DNA from: Perna viridis
Lineage: Eukaryota
Assembly (NCBI GenBank): GCA_037379345.1
Contig: CM074511.1
Span: forward strand, 8,680,001-8,744,000
Length of the DNA: 64,000 bases
Direction: 5' to 3'
The notes beneath the pieces are model-generated. The model saw nothing but the letters and a program-made list of their open reading frames with translations, did not search any database and had not been told where the DNA came from. Of this stretch, positions 24,866 to 37,492 are shown piece by piece. The position numbers were made by a program, and so were the translations under genes. Position 1 is the stretch's first letter. Each line of letters starts with the position of its first letter.

Positions 24866-25660
24866 TACAAATAATTCCAAATCATCTTCCAAATATACAG
24901 ATAAAGATTTTTTTCAAAATGCTGAAATTTTTTATCAACAACATATTTGTCCAGTGTGGTGGACGCATTTTTCAACAAACGGTCAGCATTCCAATGGGAA
25001 TAAATTGTGCTCCTCTACTTGCTGACCTATTCCATCACTCTTATGAGGCTGACTTTGTAGCTGATCTGATTCGACAGAAAGAACATTACAGCTAGATCCT
25101 TTAATTTCATTTCCCGCTAAATAGATGACGTATTATCGTGGCTACATCTCAGCACCTGCATATGGAGTTTTCATATCAAAACTCATTTGTTATGTCAGAG
25201 CTTGCTGTAACTATGCAGTCAGACTTTAGACTTCTTACAATAAGGCTTCTGGAACAGGGTTATGTTGCTACAAGATTGAAGTCATCACTACAAAATTTAA
25301 TGGTCGTTATCATGAACTCGTGGATCATTACAGTGTATCCACCTGCACCATGAAAACTGATTTGTTCAATGTGTCATACTTTTCCTTTCCTCTTTCGTCG
25401 ACCCCTGACTTGACTTTTTATGAGAAACTTGGCGATTGTTCCTAGAAAAGCTGAGGATGCTTACCCAACCAGTGCACTTGGTCCATGCTCCCAGTTTTTA
25501 GTGGAGTCCAAGTTTCTCATTTACTTTTGTTAATTTGTATGTATTATTTTAGTTACTTTATGTTCTTTGTTGTGTTTTCTGTTTACCATGTCTGGTCTTT
25601 GTCCCTGGATTACATTCTTTTGATTTCCTCTAGAATTTTAGTTCCCTTGATCACTCTCTA
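24866..25660 (+). mobile_element. Decayed Penelope-like retroelement fragment (partial RT and 3' tail)
   Basis: Reads MLKFFINNIFVQCGGRIFQQTVSIPMGINCAPLLADLFHHSYEADF, then R*IDDVLS, then APAYGVFISKLICYVRAC and LLEQGYVATRLKSSLQ. The PMG..APLLADLF and YIDD-like motifs are typical of Penelope-like RTs. There are frameshifts, stops and an internal deletion. Confidence 0.85.
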
Positions 25661-25900
25661 ACAAAGTGTCCCTAAACTTCAGTTAAATTGATACTTTTGT
25701 AGGCCTTATCCTAAAGATAATTATCAATGAAAGTTTTTCTTTCTATCTAATACAATTTTCAAGAAATTGGCTAAAAGCTGTAAAAAATGTCCTTTTTGCC
25801 TTTCAATGCTTTTTAAGATATTGGCTAAAAACAAAACAAAAAAATGTCCTTTTCCATCTTTCAAGTACGATTGCTCTAACAAGGAGTTGCAAACTCTCGA
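25660..25900. mobile_element. Internal repeat fragment of the HINE family found at 27733 and 39545
   Basis: Shares TTTGTAGGCCTTATC, TTTTCAAGATATTGGCTAAAA and TTTTGCCTTTCAA motifs with those elements. Confidence 0.55.
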
Positions 25901-26550
25901 TCACTATGGGTGTCTTGGGTTGTTACAGCTTGAGATATGTAAATACCCATTTATAACATCATCTAAATCAGTTACAAAGCCTGAAAATTCCTATATCACA
26001 CAATTTCATAAGTTAGGCAACACATAGCACAGATTAAAAGAGCATGAGACATTTTCCAGTAACTGGAACAAACATCTGAAACAACCCTCTGAGACTGTAA
26101 GTGGCCTTGTCAAACCATCATCATATCACAGACACCAAGGTCAATGGTCTACAACAGATGGCTCATTCTTAGATTCGTTTATTTACAGCTGTCTTATTCA
26201 CATCAAGTTCTATCAATAGGCAGAAAATAAGTGTTTTAAGAACAGAAATACTATTAAGCAGGTTAAAGAACTTTAAATTTGAATTTTTTTTCTCTATGAG
26301 ACTTTATATAATATTTTGAATAAACACTTAAGACATTGCAACAACAAGGCCATCTGTCCAAAAATAGGATTGCTACTTTCTGCTTTGTCTTTTCTGATGA
26401 TTTTTAGTTTATTTCATCCATTGATCACACAAACAAATTCATTTTACTTAGTTTAGTAGTCAGTTCTGTGTATTCCTAATTAGTTTTTTAAGTTATTCTT
26501 TTGTTTGTTTTCACTTTAAGGCTCTGTTTCCAAAGAACAACTGTATACCT

Positions 26551-27132
26551 ATTATTACACCCCCGCAAATAAAGTGGAATCATCCTGTCTGCCTATCTGT
26601 CTGTTCTTCTGCCCACATTCCTAGTAAGTGCAACTACTCCTAAATTGCTGACTAGTTTTTAATAAAATTTCACAGAAGGGTTGGGTATGATATTAAGATG
26701 TGCATGAAAGAATATAATTAGTCAGAGGAGTTCAAAGGGAGACAATCGAAATTAAAGGTTTTACATGTTAAAACCTAAAAAGTGCAACTCCTCCCTCAAG
26801 GGATTTTGATGAAACTTTATGGGAAGGTTGGATGTCTTATGTAGATGTACAAGAAGGAATATAATTACTGTCAGAGTAGTACAAAGGCAGATAATCCAAA
26901 TTAAGGATTTTAGATGTTCAAACCTTGTAAGCACAACTTTTCCTTAACTACTCAAGGGATTTTGATGTTATTTTATAGGAAGGTTGGGCATCATGATGTT
27001 AATAAGCATGAAGAAACATAGTTACTGTCAGATGAATCCAAAGGGAGATAATCCAAATGAAAGTTTTACATTTAAGCCCATTTGAATGAGGAGGTATCCT
27101 CTGTGTGAGTGTTCTCACAGACTTTCAAGTAT
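26551..27132 (+). mobile_element. Helentron-associated non-autonomous element with internal ~155-bp tandem repeats
   Basis: Starts TTATTACACCCCCGC, followed by a CTGT/CTGC microsatellite-like tract. Three related units (AAGTGCAACT..CCT...GGAAGGTTGG...AAAGGGAGATAATCCAAAT) follow. It ends GAGGAGGTATCC with the hairpin TGTGAG..CTCACA. Confidence 0.7.
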
Positions 27133-27732
27133 TTGGGATTGTTTTCAATGTATTTTTGCAGATTCTGTCATATGGCCTATCATTATGACAAATTTATCTC
27201 CAGGATATCCTTCTCCCATCTGTCCCTAGTAACTAATCACTCAAATCACTTAAAACATTAAAATGGAAACAAATACTGACATTTTTATCAACCATTCCTT
27301 CCCACAAATACAGTAGACTTCATCAGCAATAGGCAAATACTCCCTAACTATGCAAACTTTATCAATAATTCAGTAAATATTCTGTAGAACAGACAAATAT
27401 TTATAACCCAAGAGGTCCAAAACAGTGTTCCGAGGTCTCTAGAGACTTCACTCAACATGCAATATGAACATTTACAAGACAGAAAACATCACAATTGTGA
27501 TCAGAAAGAAACATCATAAAGTAACATAATATATTAGAAATAAACCTGACATTGCTGTGTTTTTTGGGGAGTTATAGATGTAATAGTAACCATAAGATCT
27601 TTGAGTCACATATCTATTGAACTAAACAATATAAAATGAAGAAAAAAAAACAAACTCAGTCAACTGTCTAAAATTAGCATTGAAAAAAATCAATAAATAA
27701 ATACTTAAAAACCCTCTAAATTATGTATCTTA

Positions 27733-28355
27733 ACTAGACACTCTCATGAGCCAGAATTTCTCACCTGGTTCAATTTTTGCCATAAAAGCAATAACTTTCA
27801 CAAGGACTTAACAAATTGGACCAAATGAAGAATTTTGAAGGCCTTCACATAAGAATCATTCATTAATTGAATGTTTTTCTTATCAATTATAGTTTTCAAG
27901 ATATTGGCTAAAAACTGCAAAAAATCACTTTTTGCCCTCCAAAGGCAATATCTCAAAAAGGAGTTGTCCAACAACTTTGACCTATAAATGAAGACCTTTG
28001 TAGGCCATTTCATCAACTGAAAGTTTTTTTTCCTATCTATAATAGTTTTCAAAAGACTTCAGTAGAGTTCTATAAGTTGAAGAAAGATGATCACATTTAT
28101 TTCCCAACATCTCTTTTAGTTTTTGAGAAATATGTAGAAATTGGTGACTTGACCTTTGTGGTCTAAAAATAGCAACAGCAGACATGTTTTATTCTTGATC
28201 TATATAATGGACAAGATTTTTAAAGTAAATATCCTAGAGATATTGGTGACCAATTAGATAATATTCCACTGAGTGGTTTCAGAGGAAAAGATTTTTAAAG
28301 AAAAGTTAATGATGATTGCAATAGCTCACAAGCCTAAGGCTGGATGAGATAAAAA
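27733..28355 (-). mobile_element. HINE/Helitron-N-like element, degenerate copy of 39545-40604
   Basis: TCTCACCTGG..AATTTTTGCC lies at the left and AGCTCACAAGCCTAAGGCTGGATGAGATAAAAA at the right. Internal motifs are shared with the 39545 copy. Confidence 0.7.
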
Positions 28356-28754
28356 GTATGTAGATCAAGCAAATGGGGGAATAACTTTTAGTGTTCATAT
28401 TGCTATTTTAGAGTAAAGCTATTGAAAAACATAACTGTTTTGTTTTTGAACAGAAAAAATAGGATGTCCATGTTAATATCTATTCATGCTAAGAAAGAAG
28501 TCTTACCTGAGAATTCAGTGGAGACAAAATAATTGTGCACAAGGAACTGAAAATTGACTTACTAGTCAGGTTATATATACATGTTATACATACTGTAAAG
28601 TTTATCTGTCCCAAAACATATCCTTGATGATGAACCATATGTACCATGACAGATAAAAAAGTTCACTAAGTCATGAATATGTGAACTGCTGGATCCCTAC
28701 AGTTATCTTAGGTATATAAACAATAAATGATATGATAAAACATGCACTGGTAAA

Positions 28755-29436
28755 AGTAATTACATAAGGTTGAGGCTACCTCAGTACACTGGTGACCAGT
28801 AAATTAGGGCAAGGCTACTTCAGTTCACTGGTGACCAGTAAATCAGGGTGAGGCTACCTCAGTACACTAGACACCAGTAAATTAGGGCGAGGCTACTTCA
28901 GTTCACAGGTGACCAGTAAATCAGGGTGAGGCTACCTCAGTACACTAGTGACCAGTAAATTAGGGCGAGTCTACTTCAGTTCACTGGTGACCACTAAATT
29001 AGGATGAGGCTACCTCAGTACACTGGTGACCAGTAAATCAGGGTGAGGGTGCCTTACTACACAGGTGACCAGTAAATCAGGGTGAGGCTACCTCAGTACA
29101 TTAGTGACCAGTATATCAGGATGAGGGAAAAGGAATCTCAATTCACTGATTACCAATTTATCAGGTTGAGAGTACCCTAATTAACTACTGACCAATATAT
29201 CAGTTTAGGGGACCCTTAAAACTCTGTTTTATCAGGTAAAAGGTAAAGGTATCTCAATTAGCAGATGACCAGTATATCAAAGTGAGGGTACCTCAATTCA
29301 CTACTGACCAGTATATCAAGGTAAAGGTACCTCAATTCACTATTGACCAGTATATCAAGGTGAGGGTACCTCAATTCACTATTGACCAGTATATCAAAGT
29401 GAGGGTACCTTAATATTCTGATAACCAGTATATCAG
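28755..29436. repeat. 39-bp minisatellite grading into a ~38-bp variant
   Basis: GTGACCAGTAAATCAGGGTGAGGCTACCTCAGTACACTG x~9, then TGACCAGTATATCAAGGTGAGGGTACCTCAATTCACTAT-type units. Confidence 0.92.
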
Positions 29437-29442
29437 ATAGTT

Positions 29443-29700
29443 ATTGATTGATTGATTGAGGTTAGATGTCTTTGTTTGATATTCATGCATTTAATTCCTA
29501 GCTTTGTACTTGTCTGACATTCTGAGCAGAATCTTTATTGTGCTAGTTCACAGAAGAAAACAGCCTGCAGGTATGCATGTCAATCAACTCAGACACATTA
29601 TTCTGACTGCTTGATTGGTGGAGATGCAGTGACTTAACAATTTCAGTCCTTGGTGGGACTCAGTACCTCCAGCACATGCTACCCTGAGACCTCTGAGGCA
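29443..29700 (-). mobile_element. Degenerate SINE (V-domain-like) with a (CAAT)n tail
   Basis: (GATT)n on the + strand is followed by TTTATTGTGCTAG..CAGCCTGCAGGTATGCATGTC..ACTCAGACACATTATTCTGA. This resembles the V-domain SINE body recalled from bivalves. The tRNA head is eroded. Confidence 0.5.
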
Positions 29701-30059
29701 TTTGAAATCCCAGACAAGAAGGATTGTTACAACACACTAGAATTTTATTACTGCTTAAACATTAATAAGATGAATCCTGCCAAAGACTTAATCAACATTC
29801 ATATAGCTGCATTGACTTGACTAAGAAATACAAAGACAGATTCCATTATACTGCAGCAAATAATCTACAGAGAAATATGTAGCAGAGGCAGAGTTATTAT
29901 GTCAATTGTTTGTTCAACAACTGAAAGGTCTTTCCCTTGAAAACTATTTCTTTGAAATATTCAAGTAAAGACATTTGGATTGATAAATAACATGCTATCT
30001 TCTACAAAAGTTTGTTGTTTTTTGCAGTTGGTAACCTAGTCAAATACAACTGTTGATGT

Positions 30060-31690
30060 TTGTAACATTATTTTTGTAATGTAAACTTGACGACCTTTCA
30101 TTAGACATACAAGAACCCTACTTCCATTGATCTTTAGAATTTTGGACTTATTAACTCCAACTGGGTTCTTTTTCTGTATAAAAATATTGATATTTGAGAT
30201 GTACACGTCATGACCTTTAATTTGATATGCGACAACCTAACTATGTAAAATACTTTAGTTTTGCACTCATTGACCTTATCCGACTCATTTTTCCAGGACA
30301 AACCATTGATATTTCGGATGTACGCTTTAAGACCTTTCATTTGATATGCAACAATATTACCTTCTTAGAACTTTAACCTTTTGCATGTAATGATCCTACT
30401 CTTCAAACATGAATTACTTATCGAGGTTGGAACTCTAATTTTTGAAATGTACTCATATAGACCTTCAAAATGATATATCACATGACCCCCTTCGACAAAG
30501 TTGAAAAAATGATGCAATATCAAATCCATAAATATTGATGAAATATATAAAACCATTGAAAAATATGAAAATTTTAAGTTGTTGCAGTATCGTTGGTTTT
30601 TTGTATTGGTCCTTGGTATTGTGTCAAACAGTTATACTCTAGCAGATCTTTCATTCTGAGTACTGATCATTTGTGTGCCTAATGTGGATTTTAAAATATA
30701 TACCCTCGCTTTGAAAAACTAAAATTTCAATAGATCCAAAATGGGACAAGATATCTCAAATCTGAAAACTGTATGATAATCTACAGAACATATGCAACAA
30801 AATTACAACACAATTTGGGCAATTGCAGAGCTCATTTTGAGCACACTAATTATTTAAATATGATGCAATAACAAACACCAGAACCGGAAGTCGTAGAGAC
30901 ATGGAACTATCACCATACATCTTAGGATAATCTTACCTTGATAAAACTAGCAAGGTCAAGGTCACAAACCAAATTCTGCAAAACATTTAAATTCTCATAA
31001 CTCTTGAACAGACAGTCTGACAGTTGTAAATTTTGTCTCAAAATGTAGGGCTAATCTGGAGGGTCATTTCATATGCTGCATGTATGCACATATCTCTCAT
31101 CATTTTCTTAATATCAAGGCCTGTAGTTTGCAGTGAGAAGGCTTTTTAGCACACTATGACCTTTGACCTTGGATGCAAATGAACAGTCACACGGACCAAA
31201 GATCATTGATGAAGGTCCCATGTTTCTACAACTTCCGGTTCTCAAAATATAAATTTTAAAAACTTAAGTATGATATTTCAAGGGATATAACTCCCATATG
31301 GTCTGATAAGAAAATACATGTTTATTTTTATTTATTAGTTCTTCTTCTTGTGTACATGAAACCGTTTTTAGATTGATTCTATCTCTTATGGTCTTCAAGA
31401 TATGAGCAATTAAAAGAAATTGAGTTAAGGGGACATAACTTTTAAAGATAACAATGAAATCCTCGGCAAGGTCATTTTCCAATAGAACATGATGACATCT
31501 ACATGTTCACCAAGTAGGATAATGATAACCTTAAAAATGAGTTCAGAGGACCATGTTGATAAGCGGGAGATAACTTATACAATGGATACTGAAATTCTTC
31601 ATGTGGTTATCCTGTAAAAGTCTGAAATGAGATCTATTGAAGGTCCAAATTTGGTGGGTCATGTCAAAGTAAATGTAGAAAGAGAATCAA
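30060..31690 (-). mobile_element. Fragment of a long non-autonomous Helentron-like repeat (copy 1)
   Basis: 31150-31690 aligns by eye with 33820-34380. Recurrent GACCTTTCAT/TGACCTT motifs extend to the left. The left boundary is uncertain. Confidence 0.6.
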
Positions 31691-32658
31691 AGTACTGAAG
31701 TACTGAGTCAATGAAGCCTTCATACTTTGCTCTGTTTCTTACCGCACAATCACATTTCTAATCATAAAAAAGGATTGTAATATTTTAAACTAGGGAAAGT
31801 AATATTTTTACCATTCTTTCTTTTTTTTCAAAGACCATTTATTAGCTGAGCAGCCATGCCTTCTAGAGTTGACAAGACAAATGGGGAAAAATGACTCGCA
31901 ACCTTTTTTTACTTTTCACACACACAAATTTTATAATTCACATTTAAAAATATACATGTTAATTCACTCTTCCATATTTTTTTTGCTTTTTTATATCACT
32001 TCACTACATAGCTTTTGCTTTTACTTATCACAGAATTGAAGCAAATATTTATACAGCTCAAAGTTCTCCCTTAGTCATACATGGACAACGACTCTTTAGT
32101 TAAACCACTGCTGAATACTGTGTTCCTGTGTAAAGCATGTAAATTTGCCATTATCTAATTAATTTTCAAAATGAATTATGACCATACAATCAGACCAAAG
32201 CATCAACATAGTAGTTCACCCAAAACCAAGGTTCTTTCACATCTACTACATAGAGTTACTAACAGAGTCATAAAATGGAGCAGTCCAAACAGATGCAAAA
32301 ATGGCATTCAAGACTTTGATAGAAACAATCTGTATTTTCATATCATTCAAACAACTTGTATCTTTCAATACTAATGGACCCCATATATTTGTTTAACAGC
32401 TAAATCAGATAACTAGCAAGTCCCATCCCTATTAAATACAATGCTGTCAAAATATTCTAAACAAACAGAAACTGAAAACTTTTGGTACATAACATTTTTA
32501 CTATCTATTCTAAACTTAGACAAAAAACAAGTATGTTACAGTTTTTCAACATGTGTTGTTAATTGTAAATATGTGTATATGTATTAAGATGACGAACAAT
32601 GATATGAATACATAAATTGAAATTAGGTTTTTGGATTGTTTACAAGTAACACATTGTA

Positions 32659-32766
32659 AACAAGTCTTATCTTTCAAAAGAAAAAAAGATAGCCAACGCA
32701 GTAAAATTTGTTCTTTTTACTTATAATTTTCTACATTTCATTCTGGAGATAACTGCGTTGGAAAAA
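32659..32766 (-). mobile_element. Internally deleted mini-copy of the 20397-20695 element
   Basis: AACAAGT..TATCTTT..AAAGATAG CCAACGCAGT ... ACTGCGTTGG AAAAA, with a perfect 10-bp inverted pair. Confidence 0.7.
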
Positions 32767-33819
32767 GAATACATGTTACAAGTATTTGTTGGTACACACA
32801 ATGTATGTATAGCATGCAATTCTTATACTTTAGCTGTTGTTGCATAATTTTATAAACAGATTCAAAAAGTTCAAACTTTCTTAAGTTGAATCATTATCAT
32901 ACATTATGCAGCAAAAATGGGTAAATTATCAGGACTATGAGCTCATGATAGATTCATACCTATTTATCATAAACTATTAGAGAAGAAAGAACATTTTACA
33001 AATATTGTACATCAATGATATATAAAAAAATTAAACAGGATTAATACAGAAAATTTGACATGATGTTCGTCTGTTGAGATGCATGCGGGGTGACGCGAAA
33101 GTACTGCACTAAAAGGTTGACTGGCAGAAAAAAAGGATTAATTTTTCCTTCAATATTAAAACTTTGTCTCTCAAATACTATTTTCAGCTATTTTAAGTCC
33201 ACATCTAAAAATTTTCAGGCAAATTAAAGAATATATTCAGATTTGTCATGATGCTCAACTGGAGAAATCCACGAAGGCAAGATGATGCGAGGGTACTAGC
33301 AGGGGCTACAGATACAGAAAAATATACTCATTCTTTCCCTCAAGATAATCAAAACTTGTTCGCAAAAAGCATCTGTGATGGAAGAGTTGTGTCTACATTA
33401 GGGAGTGCTTTTGTGCAGTAACCCACCTTATTCAATCGAACTATTTCCTGTTTGGCGTCCCCTTCAGCTTCAGAAACTTTTCTTCTAAGGTCACGTGAGA
33501 TATTCATATGCATGAGATGGCCGCTGACTGTAACAATTTTTTATCCCGTGATCAACAGTCCAAAGAAACAAGTGCGTAAATATTACACGGATTCCTAAAT
33601 AAAATGGAAGATGTGAAATTTCCCTTGCATGCTGTTTGATAAACTATCAATTTCATGGTTATTTTTACTCCTTTCCATTTCACGTTTCAGTCTTTTCCAT
33701 TCACAATTGTATTGATCATGGATGCATGTGAGTGCTACCGCAAATTATGATATTTTTCATGTGATGCCTATGTCAATTTCAGCCACTGTCGTTGCTTCAT
33801 TGACAAAAAACTAGCACCA

Positions 33820-34472
33820 TGTGACCTATGACCTTGGATGTAAATGAAAGGTCACATGGACCAAAGATCATTGATGAAGGTCTTATGTCCCATGTCCCTC
33901 TTGCGGTTCTTGAAATATAAATTTTTAAAACTTATGTATGATATTTCAAGGGATATAACTCCCATATGATTTGATAACAAAATACAAATTCATGTTCACT
34001 AACTTGGTCGTCTGCTTATGTACATGAAACCGTTCCCAGATTTATTCTATCTATTATGATTTTCAAGATATAAGGGATTGAAAGAAATTGTTTTGAAGGG
34101 ACATAACTCTTAGAGATGGTAATGAAATCCTTAGCAGGGTCATTTCCTAATAGAACCTGATGACATCTACATGTTCACCAAATATGGTCATGATATCCTG
34201 AAAAATGAGTTCGGGGGACCATGTTGAAAAAAAAAAACACCAATAAAAGGGTGATAACTTCTACAATGGTTAATGGAATTCTTCACAGGGTCATCTTATA
34301 AAAGTCCTCAATGAGTTCTATCGATAGTTCAAATTTGGTAATGATATCTTGAAAGATGAATAGGGGAGAGCATGTCAAAGAAAATTTTGAAAATGACGAA
34401 AGAATAAAAAAAATAAATAAATAAACATTAGAAAAACAATAAGGTCTTTCCCATGTAGGGAAAGCCCTTAAA
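33820..34472 (-). mobile_element. Fragment of a long non-autonomous Helentron-like repeat (copy 2, with terminal hairpin)
   Basis: Highly similar to 31150-31690 (e.g. GGACCAAAGATCATTGATGAAGGTC and GATATTTCAAGGGATATAACTCCCATATG). It ends in the hairpin TAAGGTCTTTCCC-ATGT-AGGGAAAGCCCTTA. Confidence 0.7.
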
Positions 34473-35127
34473 TATAACAGATAGTGTTAGAAAGACTACT
34501 TCATTGTGATATTCTAGTCTTGATGTAAGAAAAATCTATTACAATACACTGGTTAGAAATAATTGGACTAAGTAATGTTCTATAGCTTAGATAATAGATC
34601 GGTATTATAGAATAAATCCTATCCTTTTTATGGAAGATAATATAGTTATAGGTTTAGAATGTTGATCTCTGATTTCCCAAAATTTTCCACAGTAATAGTA
34701 TGTTAGGTGGTCATGTATAGGAGATAGTAAGAACAAAATAATAGTGATTCCTTAGTACTTGACATAGCATTCTGAAGTCAAATATGGTCAGTTACTCAGT
34801 TTCACCATTTAAAAAAAAAATTGCTGTGAGTTGACCATGATTTTTTCAGCCAACCTGTAGCTACGGTTTCATTTCAGACATTCAATTGAGGCATCCAGAT
34901 TTTTTATAAAGACTGGTACTTATTTGTTCATAACAGGACTTGCACACCTTCAATACCTTTAAAACTGTGCAATGTGTTTTTTTTTTTTTTTTATTATATT
35001 AGCTAAATACTCTTGAATTACAATCAACACAAAGTAGATAATGTAAAAAAATCACTTTCAATGAAAAAGAAAGAAAGAGAAAAAAAGGAAGTAAAACAAA
35101 TCCTTATCATAGATATAAATGATTTAC

Positions 35128-35200
35128 CTGAACGTAACATCCTATTATACACACAACTTTTGTGATGTACTGGACTGTCTGACAGCATTAAACATTTCAT
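35128..35200 (-). CDS. Candidate alternative first coding exon (MKCLMLSDSPVHHKSCVYNRMLRS + G, phase 1)
   Basis: ATG at 35200 opens 24 codons plus 1 nt to CAG|GTAAAT, followed by a pyrimidine-rich tract on the - strand. Its phase matches the other candidate exons. No recognisable homology. Confidence 0.3.
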
Positions 35201-35372
35201 GTACCAGAACTTATAACACCAGGAAGTATAACTTACTTCAAAAGGTTAAAATTGACAACACTCTTCTTTTGAAATGTCAAGTGTTTTCATTTAACTCACA
35301 ATATTCTGAAAGAATAAGGACTTTTATAATTGAGAAATTTATGCAAATAAATAAGAATAAAAACTATCCCTT

Positions 35373-35595
35373 TTCCAATAAACATCATTTGACCTGTTAA
35401 GTATGAATTCATACATTTCCAATAAACATTATTTGACCTGTTAAGTATGAATTCATACATTTCCAATAAACATTATTTGACCTGTTAAGTATGAATTCAT
35501 ACATTTCCAATAAACATCATTTGACCTGTTAAGTATGAATTCATACATTTCCAATACACATTATTTGACCTGTTAAGTATGAATTCATACATTTC
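35373..35595. repeat. 44-bp minisatellite x5 containing a perfect 14-bp palindrome
   Basis: TTCCAATAAACATTATTTGACCTGTTAAGTATGAATTCATACAT at 35373, 35417, 35461, 35505 and 35549. Confidence 0.95.
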
Positions 35596-37426
35596 TTTTG
35601 GAATAACTACAGACCTAATCAAAATTTTATCAAATCTGAAAAGCTCCCATCAATTAATTACATAACCCAAACTGTTCATCAATGCCATTTATAAAGGCCA
35701 CTATTGCTTGTCAGTAAACCTATTCCTTCTCAGGTTTATCAGAATTTAACAGACTACAGCAGATGAGACAAGTTCACCTCTTTTTAGATATAAAATATGC
35801 TTTACATGTAAAGAAATAGTCGGAGACAATTGAAGACTCTGACTATAGCTATATATATATAATATATATTCATGAATACAGAAAAATAAATTAACCTAAC
35901 TTCGGTTTCTTATTTTTGTGGTAACTATTACAGTAGTTTGCTGGAATTCTTTAAGAATATACTACTGCCAGATTTTGATGAGGGATCATTTAGGCTGTTA
36001 ACCTCCCTTGCCAGAATCAAAAACAGACTAAAAACATCGGCAAGATACAAACTAAAAGATGTACTACTTACTTCTGGTTGTTTAGAAATAACAGGATGTG
36101 ATACGAAAATATGACAACACAAAAACAAAGAAGCCTTTAGTACATCAGTACCCAGTGAGGACATTGATTAGGGAGATCTAATGACAATATTCTCATGTTA
36201 ATTCCAGGGACATTTTGCTGTTTATTACAGCATAGGATGACTTCCATCAGATAAATGGAAGCATGTTAGATTAATTTTATGAACATATTGTGGGTGAAAA
36301 GTCTTCCTATTATTGATCAAATGAATCTCATTGGAGGTTTAACAACATTGTATAAAATACCTAAATAAGCATTATCATGAAGGCTGGGCTTGCTCAATAT
36401 AATGTACAAAGATAAAATTAAGCTCATAGACCCATCAATTCATACAGTACAAGGCCATCATAATCTAAATCTAAGCTTAACGAATATCTATCCTTAATTA
36501 AAGCCCATTCAAAACATTTCAAAGGCTCAAGATGCCCAACTTCCTATGAGATGCAACAGAAGCTATTCAGGTTCACTTGACAAGAGGGCATATCAAAAAA
36601 TATATCAATCATTTCCAAATATTTACAAATCATTTCCCAATCTAATTTGTTTATCAATGATAAATTGTTATCTTCTTGTCACGAGATAAACTGTCCATAT
36701 TCAGAGCTTTCCATAGAAGTTTGTGCAAGTCAAGGACTGAACTATAAGTGAACTATAGGCCACCTATTATCATATTATCTTAATTGATGAAATTGACGAG
36801 CAGATCAAGAGGGTAGATGCCCATTTCAGATTCAATTTAGGCAACTATTCAATTAAGCATCTACTTTGGGCCATGTTTAACTGTCATTTATCATGCAGAT
36901 ACACAGGAAGAATCTAACAATAAAGTGTGGCAATCTTTATTACTTCCTTAAGTATAGAATGTAGTAAAAATATAACAAACAGTCATATTTGGGAGTTCTT
37001 CTAATTCAATCAAAGCAAATTATGAAAAAAAAAAAATATAAAGAGCTACATAAAAATAGGTCACGACCCTGAGTGGTTGTGACAAGTACAGACATTACAT
37101 AAAAGCTTGATACAGTTTTAAATTTGGAATGTAATTAAAATTAGACAAAGCATGGTTTCCGAAACAGAATGTATAGGTCATGTGGACTTTTAACCCTTTA
37201 TGGTCCAACATCCAAAATATCTAAATACATTTAGATTAAGTATATCAAAGAACCTAAAGAGTTTGAGTCCTGAAAAAAACCAACAAAGCCTAATTTTGGA
37301 CTATTTGGACCTCAATGTGGACTAATTGAAAGAGAATTCAAAATGCACGGTTCAATTCAGCACAGCAAGAAACCTTAACATTATTTTTTGTAGAAATCAA
37401 AGGAAGTTAAATTAACACTTGGTCTT

Positions 37427-37492
37427 AATCATAGTTAAACTTCATCATAGTTAAACTTCATCATAGTTAAACTTAATCATAGTTAAACTTAA
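37427..37492. repeat. 16-bp tandem repeat x4
   Basis: ATCATAGTTAAACTT(C/A) repeated four times. Confidence 0.85.

Noticed and set aside
28507-28546. Possible 40-nt minus-strand exon (TTTTCAG|...CAG|GTAAGA)
   Set aside because: Good donor, but a short pyrimidine tract with nearby AGs, no ATG, and a frame-shifting length.
35928-36164. 78-aa minus-strand ORF, also open on the plus strand
   Set aside because: No recognisable domain or convincing splice sites.
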